Shown: positions 10,809 through 20,289 of the stretch, one piece after another
Layout: each line of letters begins with the position of its first letter
Position numbering within the stretch: the stretch's first letter is position 1
NCBI GenBank assembly: GCA_963850305.1
Contig: CAWKKR010000008.1
Span: 288,001-352,000 of the forward strand
Direction of reading: 5' to 3'
Length of the DNA: 64,000 bases
Source of the DNA: an uncultured delta proteobacterium
Lineage (GTDB): Bacteria > Myxococcota_A > Polyangia > Polyangiales > Polyangiaceae
Translations under genes and position numbers: made by a program
Notes under the pieces: generated by a model
The model's input: the letters and a program-made list of their open reading frames with translations, nothing else
Databases searched by the model: none
Told to the model about the DNA's origin: nothing

Positions 10809-11348
10809 GAGTGTCCTCGCACGTCGCGTTGCGCGCCGCGTCGCGCATTCCGAGCACGACTCCCATCCTTGTTCGGCACGCTCGTCCCCTTCCTCATCTC
10901 GCGAGGCCTCCAAGGTGGTGAAGGCATTGCTCGGCGTCGAAGCCTGATGATAGGCGATTCAGACGTATGCACACCGGAAAAATTCAGGCCCGCGGGACGC
11001 GCAGTCGCGTGACTCCGGTGTTTGTGGCAAAGTGCCTCAATCGAAAAGGACGGATCGCATGACCACCGAGATGGTCATGGTAGATCTTCGAAGGTCCACC
11101 ACCGTCAGGACAGTGCGCGAAGGCGCCGTGCCTCTTTGCTTGGCGACACTCGTGATCGAATGATCGCACCCGCGAGAAAACGCATGAGGTAGACGCAATT
11201 CTTGCGTCTCGACGCACGATTCATGCTCGCCGTGATCGAAAGACGTTTCCGAATTGACCTGGCGTCACCAGATTCTATCGGGGTGTCGTGGAGCGTCTCG
11301 TGATCGGCGCCAACGGTGTCCGGCATAACCACTGGAGACTAGCGCATC

Positions 11349-11732
11349 GTGGATGAGCCTCCGAACGAGAGAGACGGGGCCCAGGTCGGCGTACTGATCG
11401 TGGACGACGACGCGGACTCGCGCGAAGCCCTTTCGGAGCTGCTCTGCCTCGGCGGCTGGGACGTGATGACGGCGGATACCGGGGAAGAGGCGATGCGGCT
11501 TGCGCGCTCACGACATCCTCGACTCGTGCTCCTCGACGTGACACTTCCGGGGATGTCCGGCATCGAAGTCGCTTTCGCGCTCCGAGCGCAAGAAGACACC
11601 CGCGCAACCGGACTCATCGCGCTCACCGGTCGGCCCCTTCGCAAACACGAGCGAAGCCCGTTCGACGCCGTTCTGACGAAGCCGACCGCCCTCGATCATC
11701 TGCTTTCGACGATGAAGCGCCTCGTCGGGTGA
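11349..11732 (+). CDS. Single-domain response regulator (CheY-like)
   Basis: LIVDDD, LLDVTLPGMSG, IALTG, LTKP. Confidence 0.9.
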   Translation: MDEPPNERDGAQVGVLIVDDDADSREALSELLCLGGWDVMTADTGEEAMRLARSRHPRLVLLDVTLPGMSGIEVAFALRAQEDTRATGLIALTGRPLRKHERSPFDAVLTKPTALDHLLSTMKRLVG

Positions 11733-11819
11733 GGTGTCAAAGCGTGGGGGCTCCAGCGCCCCGTGACGCCCAGGGGCTCGCCGCAGCGCTGAACCCGTTC
11801 GCGCTCAACTACTTGGCGG

Positions 11820-11891
11820 AGGTGAGGACGGGATTCGAACCCGCGTATAACGGTTTTGCAAACCGTTGCCTAACCACTTGGCTACCTCACC
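11820..11891 (-). tRNA. tRNA-Cys(GCA)
   Basis: Reverse complement GGTGAGGTAGCCAAGTGGTTAGGCAACGGTTTGCAAAACCGTTATACGCGGGTTCGAATCCCGTCCTCACCT: 7-bp acceptor stem, anticodon GCA, GGTTCGAATCC T-arm, U discriminator; followed by CCG, so CCA is not fully encoded. Confidence 0.96.
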
Positions 11892-12059
11892 ATAGGTCGT
11901 AAGCGTCTGGAACTCTTTCGTAAGTCGTCAGTCTTCGCACGCGCGCTCCGGGGGCGTCAAGCGCAGGCGATTCAGTAGCAGACTCGCGAGCAGCGGGGTA
12001 GCGGCGCGAACGCGCCCGGCCGGCTCGGCAAGGCCGAGGGAGACCGCTAATGTACGGTC

Positions 12060-12521
12060 ATGCGGATCGCGCTCGGCTCGGACGAGAACACGACGCTGGT
12101 GGGAGACATTGCCCGCTTCCTGGAGGAGCGCGGGCACGACGTGGATCGGTTCGGCGCGGCGGCAGGGACGACGGAAGCATGGGCGCGAACGGCTCTGCAT
12201 GTGGCGGAATCCGTGGCCCGCGGCGATCACGCTTTCGGGGTCGTTTGCTGCTGGACGGGCACGGGGGTGTCGATCGCGGCGAACAAGGTCGCGGGCGTGC
12301 GCGCCGCGCTCTGCGCCGATGCGGAGACCGCGCGGGGCGCCCGCAAATGGAACGATGCCAACGTCCTCGCGCTGAGTCTCCGCGCCACGGCGCCCGAGAT
12401 CGCTCGCGAGATCCTCGCCGCGTGGCTCTCGGAGCCCTACGGCGAGACGGAAGACGCGAGCCTGGACGCGATCCGCGACGCTCAGTCGTCCGCGGTACCG
12501 TCCAGATCCTCTGCCAGATAA
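12060..12521 (+). CDS. rpiB: Ribose-5-phosphate isomerase B (RpiB/LacAB family)
   Basis: MRIALGSD, CWTGTGVSIAANKVAGVRAALC, ARKWNDANVLAL. Confidence 0.88.
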   Translation: MRIALGSDENTTLVGDIARFLEERGHDVDRFGAAAGTTEAWARTALHVAESVARGDHAFGVVCCWTGTGVSIAANKVAGVRAALCADAETARGARKWNDANVLALSLRATAPEIAREILAAWLSEPYGETEDASLDAIRDAQSSAVPSRSSAR

Positions 12522-13267
12522 GAGAGGATCACTTCGTCGAGCGATTGCTCGCTGATCGACGAACTGCCGAAGATGGAGCCTTGGTCCGGCGTTGCGGTGA
12601 AGATCGCGGCGGGTCTCGACGGAGCGTAACGACCGGCGCCGGGCACGCGCGACGGTACCGTCGGCGTACCGAGAACGGGCGTGCCTCCCTTCGGAACGGG
12701 CTTCGGCGATTCGATCGTCACTCCTCGACGCGAACGCGCGGACTCGAGATCGGCGAGCATCAGGTCGGTGAGCGTGGGCGCAGGCTTACGCGGCAAGGGC
12801 TCGGCCACGCGCGACGGTTTCTCGACCTGCACGGGCTCCGGCGGGATCGTCGGCACACCAGCCGCGATCTCGGTCGAGATCTCGGGCAGCGTGGGTGCGG
12901 GCTTCGAACGGCGCTTGGACGGCAGCGGCGGCGGCTTGGACGGGCGCGCTTCCTTGGCCCCGTCCTCGGCAGGAGTTCCGAGAACCTCGAGGATCGAATC
13001 GTTCAGCTGACCGTCGCGCAACGCGATGAACATCGCCTTGTGCTGTTCCTTCATCATGCGCCGGACGACGGTCGTCATGTCGGGTCGGCCAATATGCTCC
13101 GAGTAATCCGTGCGCGTGCTCTTGATGATCCGGCCGCCGTCGACGAAGAGGTGCGTGACGATGTGCGGGCGCTTGATCCCCGAGTCCTCCGTCTGGACAT
13201 GGAATACCCGACCCTGGTGCTTCACGTTGTTATTGAAGCCGACGAGGGGGGACGGAGCCTTCACCAC
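12482..13267 (-). CDS. RomY-like myxobacterial polarity protein (conserved N-domain, Pro-rich linker, C-terminal motif)
   Basis: GFNNNVKHQGRVFHVQTEDSG..PHIVTHLF..MKEQHK and C-terminal ISEQSLDEVILSYLAEDL. The resemblance to M. xanthus RomY is from recall, not a search. Confidence 0.6.
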   Translation of the reverse strand: MVKAPSPLVGFNNNVKHQGRVFHVQTEDSGIKRPHIVTHLFVDGGRIIKSTRTDYSEHIGRPDMTTVVRRMMKEQHKAMFIALRDGQLNDSILEVLGTPAEDGAKEARPSKPPPLPSKRRSKPAPTLPEISTEIAAGVPTIPPEPVQVEKPSRVAEPLPRKPAPTLTDLMLADLESARSRRGVTIESPKPVPKGGTPVLGTPTVPSRVPGAGRYAPSRPAAIFTATPDQGSIFGSSSISEQSLDEVILSYLAEDLDGTADD

Positions 13268-13330
13268 GGTCGATCTCGAGCGAGGACCGTAAGGTTACCA
13301 CGACCGACGGTGGCGGCGTGATTTTCGAGC

Positions 13331-15271
13331 CTAGCGGCCTGCTTCGTCCATGCGGCGCATCCCCTCGAGCAGCAAGGCCTCGGGACTCGCGTGGACGACT
13401 TGCTGAGGCGCCCGGAAAGACGGGTCGAGATTGAAGTCCCCGCTGGTGAGCGCGAGCATCGCGTAGAAGGCGTCTTCACCGCGCAGATTCCCCCACATCG
13501 CGTTGTAGATGGCGCCGTCCACGAAATGAATCTCGCCCTGCTCGGCGCCCGACCGGATCTTGAGCGACCCCGATTTCCGTCCGTGCCAGAGCACTTGCAC
13601 GATGTCGGGGAGCCCCATCTCCACCAGCGATCCGCCCACGCCCCGCGGCGCTCTACTGCGCTCTTCGCGCTCCATGATTTGCTTCAGCTTCGCGACGAGC
13701 AAGTCGGTCCCGACGGGCTTCCCCATGAAGTCGGCTGCTCCGAGCTCGAATGCGCGCTTCGCGTCGGCACTGGAAGCTTTCGCGGCGACGAAGACCCAGG
13801 GAAGCCCCTTGCCCCACTCGTGCTTGCGCGCCTCGGCGAGGAGCGCGAATCCGTCCTGTGGCTTGAGCTCGAGCTCGCTGACGACGACCTCGATGTCGCC
13901 GGTCTCGAGAAACTTCATCGCCTGATCGGCGGTGCGCGCGATGCGGACCTCGAAGCCTTGCTCGATCATGCGGAGCTCGAGCACCGTCGTCTCCTCGGGA
14001 TCCGGCTCGACGAGCAGCGCCAGGTTGCGGTTCGCCAGCAGACGCGCCTTGAGGTCGTCCCCGGTGACCGAGTGCTTGAACAGGTCGACGAGGTTCGGAT
14101 CGAAGATCGACCCCTTGAAACGCGCGAGTACCTCGCAGGCTTGAACGGGACGCAGCGTCTTCCTGTACGGGTTCTTCGGATTCTGCGCCAGGTCCGCATA
14201 GGTGTCCGCAATCGCCAGGAGCCGCGCGCCGAGCGGGATTTCCTTGCCGGCAACCCCGGCTGGGAATCCCTTGCCGTCGTAGCGCTCGTACATGGCTTCG
14301 AGCGCCTGCGTAGCTTCGCGCGGCAGAGCTACCGACTCCATGAGCCGCAGCGGCGCCTTGTAGGCCTTCTGCGCCGCGGCCCTGTGCCCCTCGTACTCCG
14401 AGACGTTCAGGGCCGTCAGGTGATACGCGCTCATCTTCCCGAGGTCGTGCACGTACCCGGCGATCTGGTACGCGGCGATCTCCACGGATGAAACGCCGAT
14501 GCGCTCGGCTATTCGCTTCACGAGCCGCGCCGTGTGACTCGAGTGGCCCCGCAGATCGGCGCGCCCGTTCTCGAGCAGGCTCACGAGGACGTTGAGCGTT
14601 TCGAGATACGCTTCGCTCGCCATCCCCTTCGCGCCCATGCCCGCGGTCGAACCGCCCGCCTCGAGTTCGCGGCCCGATAGCACGCGCTCCCGTCCGTCGC
14701 CTCCGGCGAGCGCGACGGCCATGGTTTCTTCGCTCAACACGTTGCGCTCGTAGACGTCGAGCATCGAACTGAACTGTTCGTGCGCCGCCCGGTCGAGCAC
14801 GGCGAAGGCGTGAATGTCGCCGTTGTAGTGCTTGTTGATCGCCGCCTTCACGGAGTTCGGCCGAGCGACGAACGTGTTCACCTTCTTCGCCTTCGCCGCG
14901 ACCTGTATCTCCTGCTGCGCGACTAGATCCGCGGGGTCAGCCGTGACGACGCTGATCGACTCCGTCTTGGCGTCCCAGAGCACGGGGCACACGCCGTGAC
15001 GCTCGGCCAGCTTCTTCGGCAGGCGCTCGAGCGTCGTGCGGTCGATGTCCGCCTTCGACAGCTTCTCGGTCGAGACGAAGCGAGTCCGGTACACGCCGGC
15101 GATGAACTTGAGGATGGTCGCTTCGTCGGTCGCCTGGATCTCGAGGAGCGCCTCTTCGAACCGGCCACCCATTCTCTGCTGGAAGTTGAGCGCCGCCTCG
15201 CGCTGCTCTGCGGTGAGCACGCCCTTTTCGACCATCTGGTCCAGGATGCGAACATTCCCCGTCGGATGCAT
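13331..15271 (-). CDS. Multidomain signalling protein: MshEN/GSPII_N-like - HD-GYP-like - REC - DUF4388
   Basis: N-terminal GVLTAEQREAALNFQQRMGGR, VHDLGK, ERYDGKGFP..IPLGARLLAIAD, receiver ending FMGKP, C-terminal GSLVEMGLPDIVQVL..ALLLEGMRRMDE. Confidence 0.85.
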   Translation of the reverse strand: MHPTGNVRILDQMVEKGVLTAEQREAALNFQQRMGGRFEEALLEIQATDEATILKFIAGVYRTRFVSTEKLSKADIDRTTLERLPKKLAERHGVCPVLWDAKTESISVVTADPADLVAQQEIQVAAKAKKVNTFVARPNSVKAAINKHYNGDIHAFAVLDRAAHEQFSSMLDVYERNVLSEETMAVALAGGDGRERVLSGRELEAGGSTAGMGAKGMASEAYLETLNVLVSLLENGRADLRGHSSHTARLVKRIAERIGVSSVEIAAYQIAGYVHDLGKMSAYHLTALNVSEYEGHRAAAQKAYKAPLRLMESVALPREATQALEAMYERYDGKGFPAGVAGKEIPLGARLLAIADTYADLAQNPKNPYRKTLRPVQACEVLARFKGSIFDPNLVDLFKHSVTGDDLKARLLANRNLALLVEPDPEETTVLELRMIEQGFEVRIARTADQAMKFLETGDIEVVVSELELKPQDGFALLAEARKHEWGKGLPWVFVAAKASSADAKRAFELGAADFMGKPVGTDLLVAKLKQIMEREERSRAPRGVGGSLVEMGLPDIVQVLWHGRKSGSLKIRSGAEQGEIHFVDGAIYNAMWGNLRGEDAFYAMLALTSGDFNLDPSFRAPQQVVHASPEALLLEGMRRMDEAGR

Positions 15272-15445
15272 GAAGACAGTTTGCCAGTATAGCCGAGTAG
15301 TTTCCGGTGCCTCGCCTTTGCTGCAGCGTAGCACTGCACGCATGAGCGGGGCTCCGTTCTCCGCGGGAACTTTGCGGGAACTTTCAGGCTCGCGCCCTCC
15401 CCGGGAAACGCCCGGGAAGGGCGGTACTTGCCGCTCGCCGCGTGC

Positions 15446-15474
15446 TTGACGGCGCTGCCCGAGGCAGCTACTAG
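15446..15474 (+). promoter_or_regulatory. Putative sigma-70 promoter of rplM-rpsI
   Basis: TTGACG-N17-TACTAG about 40 bp upstream of the rplM ATG. Confidence 0.5.
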
Positions 15475-15513
15475 ATGCCCCCCCAAGCGACGCCTGTCGC
15501 CCGAAAAAAACCG

Positions 15514-15948
15514 ATGCGCACGTACACAGCCAAGCCCGCCGAAGCCCAAGCAGCCCGCACGTGGTGGGTTGTCGACGCGAAGGGTCAGCCGCTCGGACGA
15601 CTCGCGAGCAAGGTGGCGAACGTCCTTCGCGGCAAGACGAAACCGACGTTCACACCTCACGTCGACACTGGCGACTTCGTCGTCGTGATCAACGCCGCCG
15701 AAGTGAAGGTGACGGGGGCGAAGGCTGAAGCCAAGAAGTATCACCGCCACACCGGGCGTCCCGGCAGCCTCCGTTCGGAGACCTTCCGCGACGTGATCGT
15801 ACGGCGCCCCGAGGTGCCGATCGAGATGGCCGTCCGGGGGATGCTGCCGAAGAACTCGCTCGGCCGGAGTCTGCTTCGCAAACTGAAAATCTATCCAACG
15901 GCCGAGCATCCGCACGCCGCTCAGAAGCCCGCGCCGCTCGCGCTCTAG
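15514..15948 (+). CDS. rplM: 50S ribosomal protein L13
   Basis: [60 protein letters not shown]. Confidence 0.98.
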   Translation: MRTYTAKPAEAQAARTWWVVDAKGQPLGRLASKVANVLRGKTKPTFTPHVDTGDFVVVINAAEVKVTGAKAEAKKYHRHTGRPGSLRSETFRDVIVRRPEVPIEMAVRGMLPKNSLGRSLLRKLKIYPTAEHPHAAQKPAPLAL

Positions 15949-15962
15949 AAGGCATCAGGAAA

Positions 15963-16358
15963 ATGGCCGAAACGACCTCGATTTACGCGACCGGCAAGCG
16001 CAAAACCGCCGTTGCCCGCGTCTGGCTCAGCACCGGTTCCGGCACGATTCACGTGAACGGCAAGCCTGCTGACGAATATTTCGAGCGCCTCACGTCGCGG
16101 ATGGTCGCGCGGCAATCGCTGGAACTCCTGGAGTTCGCCGACAAGTACGACATCCGCGCGACCGTCGCGGGCGGCGGACACAGCGCCCAGGCAGAAGCGG
16201 TGCGCCACGGCATCGCTCGCGCGCTCATCGCGGAAGACCCGGAGCGGCGCCGCGCGCTCAAACGCGCAGGCTATCTGACGCGCGACGCGCGAAAGAAAGA
16301 ACGCAAGAAGTACGGCCAGCCCGGCGCTCGCAAGCGCTTCCAGTACTCGAAGCGCTGA
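15963..16358 (+). CDS. rpsI: 30S ribosomal protein S9
   Basis: [51 protein letters not shown]. Confidence 0.98.
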   Translation: MAETTSIYATGKRKTAVARVWLSTGSGTIHVNGKPADEYFERLTSRMVARQSLELLEFADKYDIRATVAGGGHSAQAEAVRHGIARALIAEDPERRRALKRAGYLTRDARKKERKKYGQPGARKRFQYSKR

Positions 16359-16448
16359 AAACTCGACGGACCAACGAGCACCGCCCGCAAACGACCGTCG
16401 GTGTCGCTTGAAAGCTGCGGCGGCATGGGGAACGATGCGACGCTGGAC

Positions 16449-18555
16449 ATGGCCTCTCCATTCAAGCTGCGCTCGGATTTCGTCCCGAAGGGCGATCAAC
16501 CCCGGGCGATAGAGGCGCTCTGCAAAGGGCTCGACGAGGGCGTCGCCGGGCAGACGCTGCTCGGCATAACAGGTAGCGGAAAAACTTTCACCGTCGCCAA
16601 CGTCATCCAGCACTGGGGCCGACCGGCGCTGATCATCGCGCCGAACAAGACGCTCGCCGCGCAGCTCTACGGCGAGATGCGGGACCTGTTTCCCGGCAAT
16701 GCCGTCCACTACTTCGTCAGCTACTACGATTACTACCAACCCGAAGCGTACATCCCGAGCACCGACACCTTCATCGAGAAGGACGCGATCATCAACGACC
16801 AGATTGATCGCATGCGCCACGCCGCGACGCACGGACTCCTGTCGCGACCGGACGTCATCATCGTCGCGAGCGTGAGCTGCATCTACGGCATCGGTTCCGC
16901 GGAGAGTTACCACGGCCTCCTCATCGACATCGTCAAGGGAGAAGAGCTACGTCGTGACGAGCTCCTGCGACGCTTGGTCGACATTCAATACGAGCGCAAC
17001 GACATCGATTTTCACCGCGGGACGTTCCGCGTGCGCGGTGACGTAGTCGAGATCTTCCCCGCCTACGAAGAGGCCACGGCAATCCGCGATCGAGTTCTTC
17101 GGCGACGAGGTCGACGCCATCCGGGAAGTCGACCCGATCCGCGGCCGCGTGCTCGGCTCGCTCGACCGTTACGCCGTCTATCCGGGCTCCCACTACGTCA
17201 CGCCGCGACAGCAACTGAATCGCGCCATCGGCGGCATCCGGGAGGAGCTCAAGGAGCGGCTCGGCCTTCTTCGACCGCGAAGGGCGGTTTCTCGAGAAGC
17301 AACGGATCGAGCAGCGCACGATGTACGACCTGGAAATGCTCGAGCAGATGGGGTTCGTGCAAGGGATCGAGAACTACTCGCGTCACCTTTCCGCGCGCAA
17401 ACCCGGGGACCCACCGCCGACGCTCATCGACTATTTCCCGAAAGACTTCTTGCTCGTCATCGACGAGTCGCACCAAACGGTCTCGCAGATCGGCGCGATG
17501 TACCGGGGCGATCGCTCGCGCAAGGAGACGCTCGTCGACTTCGGATTCCGGCTTGCCGAGCGCGCTCGACAATCGTCCGCTGAAGTTCGACGAGTTCGAG
17601 CAGCACATGGCGCGAACGGTGTTCGTCTCCGCAACGCCCGCCGAATACGAACTGTCGCACTCGGGCGATCACATCGTCGAACAGCTCATTCGCCCCACCG
17701 GGCTGACGGATCCGGAGATCGAGGTCCGTCCCGTCGACGGCCAGGTCGACGACCTCCTCAGGATGATCCGCGAACGCGTCGCGCTCGGCGAACGCGTTCT
17801 CGTGACGACGCTCACCAAGCGGATGGCCGAAGATCTGACGGAGTACTACGCCGAGCTCGGAGTGCGGGTCCGGTACCTGCACTCGGACGTCGAGACGCTC
17901 GACCGTATCGAGCTCCTGCGCGCGCTCCGCGCCGGGCGATTACGACGTCCTCGTCGGCATCAACTTGCTCCGCGAGGGTCTCGACCTGCCGGAGGTGAGC
18001 CTGGTAGCGATCCTCGACGCGGACAAGGAGGGCTTTTTGCGCAGCGCTCGCTCGCTCATCCAGACCATCGGTCGCGCCGCCCGCAACTCGCGCGGCCGCG
18101 TCATCATGTATGGGGACCGCATGACGGACGCGATGAAGAGCGCGATCGGAGAGACCGACCGCCGCCGCGCGATCCAGCAAGCCTATAACCTCGAGCACGG
18201 CATCACGCCGGAGACGATCAAGCGCGCGATCCTCGACATCAATCCGACGAGCGGTCAGACCGACTACTACGCCGTACCGCGCGGGACGCCGTCGCAGGCT
18301 GGAACCACGAAGGCCGGCGAACCCGCGCGTGAGGAAGAGTTGTTCGAGCGGATCGAAGCTCTCCGACAGGAAATGTTCGCGGCCGCCGAGGGTCTGGATT
18401 TCGAGCGTGCCGCTCGCTTGCGCGACGACCTGAGGCGGCTTCAGGGGGGCGCGGGAAACGGCGCGAGCGGCGCGCAACCGAGCGCTAGGCCGTCGGAACG
18501 ACCGTCCGCGAAACCGAAAGCGCGAAGACCCAGCGGACGTCCCTCACGAAGGTGA
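16449..18555 (+). CDS. uvrB: Excinuclease ABC subunit B, with four apparent +1 frameshifts
   Basis: [83 protein letters not shown], spread over several frames (shifts at about 17087, 17266, 17553, 17935). Confidence 0.95.
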
Positions 18556-18692
18556 GAGCGCGCCGGAACGTCGTAAGCCGGCGGGTCCGGTCGTGATGGC
18601 CGAAGATGTGTCCGGGGTTTCGGCAGCATGTCGCGTGGGCTCGCCGATTCGGTGCTCTTGCATCGCGACCGGCGCTGTCGGATGAGAGGCCC

Positions 18693-19499
18693 ATGACGTC
18701 GGAGGCGGAAGAGAAGGCAAGCGAGACCGGCGCAGACGAGGATGCGGCGACGTCCTTCCGAGGGACCCGCGAAGCTCCGCGACGGAGCGGCATCCCCCCG
18801 GCGCGTGAGCCATCGGGACAGAACATGATCGCCGAAGCCGGTGACGAGCACGGCGAGCTTGCTCTCGCCGAAAGCGCCAGGATCGATTCCAATCTCGGCG
18901 CGTTGCTCCGCGGACTGAAGCATCTGGGTGCCTGCGTCAACGCGGCGCGCGCCGCCAACGACTTCCTTTCGCGAGAGCTGGAAACCCTTCGAAGTCTGCT
19001 AGCACGCAGCACGGCAGAGGAGTTTGCGCTGCGGAAGCGAGTACGGTTCCTGGAACGTGCCATGGACGCGGTGCGCCGCGACGCTTCGCAGGAGCGCCGG
19101 TTCTTCATCGAGCAAGAGGACGCGTTCCTCGCGGAGCTCATGGACGACCACGAGCGAGAGCTCGCCGACCTCAAGCGGCGTCTCACGCACGTCCTGTCGA
19201 AGCGCGATTCGGTTCCCGAGAGTTCCGGGGACAGGACGACGACCGAGCTACCCGCGCTCGACAACCTCGCTTCCGCGATAGGCGCGTTGAAACTGCGCAC
19301 GGTCCGCATTCCCCTGCCGTCCCGTCCAGAGGAGGGCGCAGAGGCGCTCGCCCCACCACGACCCTCGTCGCGACCGCCGCTCAGACGGAAACCGGACGCT
19401 TCGACACGTCCCCTCGTGGGATATTCACTGGGCGAGGGAGACGTCGCGGAAGAGCACGTCGAATCGACGCGCACGCCCACGCGCCCGCCGAATCCATAA
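18693..19499 (+). CDS. Hypothetical coiled-coil protein
   Basis: Long ORF with heptad-rich core (ERRFFIEQEDAFLAELMDDHERELADLKRRL) and a Pro-rich tail. Confidence 0.65.
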   Translation: MTSEAEEKASETGADEDAATSFRGTREAPRRSGIPPAREPSGQNMIAEAGDEHGELALAESARIDSNLGALLRGLKHLGACVNAARAANDFLSRELETLRSLLARSTAEEFALRKRVRFLERAMDAVRRDASQERRFFIEQEDAFLAELMDDHERELADLKRRLTHVLSKRDSVPESSGDRTTTELPALDNLASAIGALKLRTVRIPLPSRPEEGAEALAPPRPSSRPPLRRKPDASTRPLVGYSLGEGDVAEEHVESTRTPTRPPNP

Positions 19500-19636
19500 C
19501 CTTCGAGCGCGCACGGGCACCCCGTTTCTGGCCTTTTTTTCCCGCCATTTCGACTCGTGAAAAATCGCCGACGCAGGGTGCGGGTCGCCGGGTAAGCTCG
19601 ACGCGTGAACGCGCTTGGTCTCCGCGACGACGCCGC

Positions 19637-20289
19637 GTGTCGAGGCATCGGGTGACTCGGCGCGTGCTCGAGGGCTTCTTCGACGAAGGTGGCAAGGATG
19701 CCCTGGCGGCCGCGTTGCGCGAAGTCGAGGCAGCCTCCAGCGCGGAGATCGTCATCGCGGTGCGACGGAGCTCGGGGTCCTACCTGGACGCGAATCTCGT
19801 GGTCGGCATACTCGCCGCGACCGTCACCCTCGCGATCGGGCTCTTTTCCCCCTGGCCGTTCTCCCTCGAATGGCTGCTCCTCGAATCCGATCCTCGTAGG
19901 GATCGCCTGTGGCTGGCTCGCGACCTATTTGCCGGCGGTCCGTCGTCTGGCGACGCGGCCCGCGGAGCAAGCCCGGCGCGTCGACGTCCATGCCCGCGCT
20001 CTGTTCGTCGAACGTGGTGTGGTTGCAACGTCGGGACGCACCGGCATGCTCGTCTACGTGTCGCTGCTCGAACGAGCCGCACGCGTGGTTGCAGACTCCG
20101 GCGTGACGGCCGCGGTTCCAGCCGCCGAGTGGGCGACCCGGGTCGAGGAGAATCCAGCGAGCCGCGCGTCGCTCGAAGGCCACGGCCGTGGCGCGTGCGA
20201 TCGCCGCACTCGGGCCGACGCTGGCACCGCACCTTCCGCATTCCGACGACGACGTCAACGAACTCCCCGACGAGGTCTCCGGCCCATGA
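19637..20289 (+). CDS. TPM-domain-like membrane protein (two +1 frameshifts)
   Basis: EVEAASSAEIVIAV, LFVERGVVATSGRTGMLVYVSLLER, C-terminal DDVNELPDEV; frames join after removing one base at about 19884 and one at about 20148. Start approximate. Confidence 0.75.

Noticed and set aside
11733..11891. Integrative element or prophage at tRNA-Cys
   Set aside because: No integrase and no duplicated tRNA 3' end (att site) found in the window.
16449..18555. Programmed frameshifting or true pseudogenisation of uvrB
   Set aside because: No slippery sequences or nonsense codons, all motifs are intact, and the same +1 error type occurs across the window.
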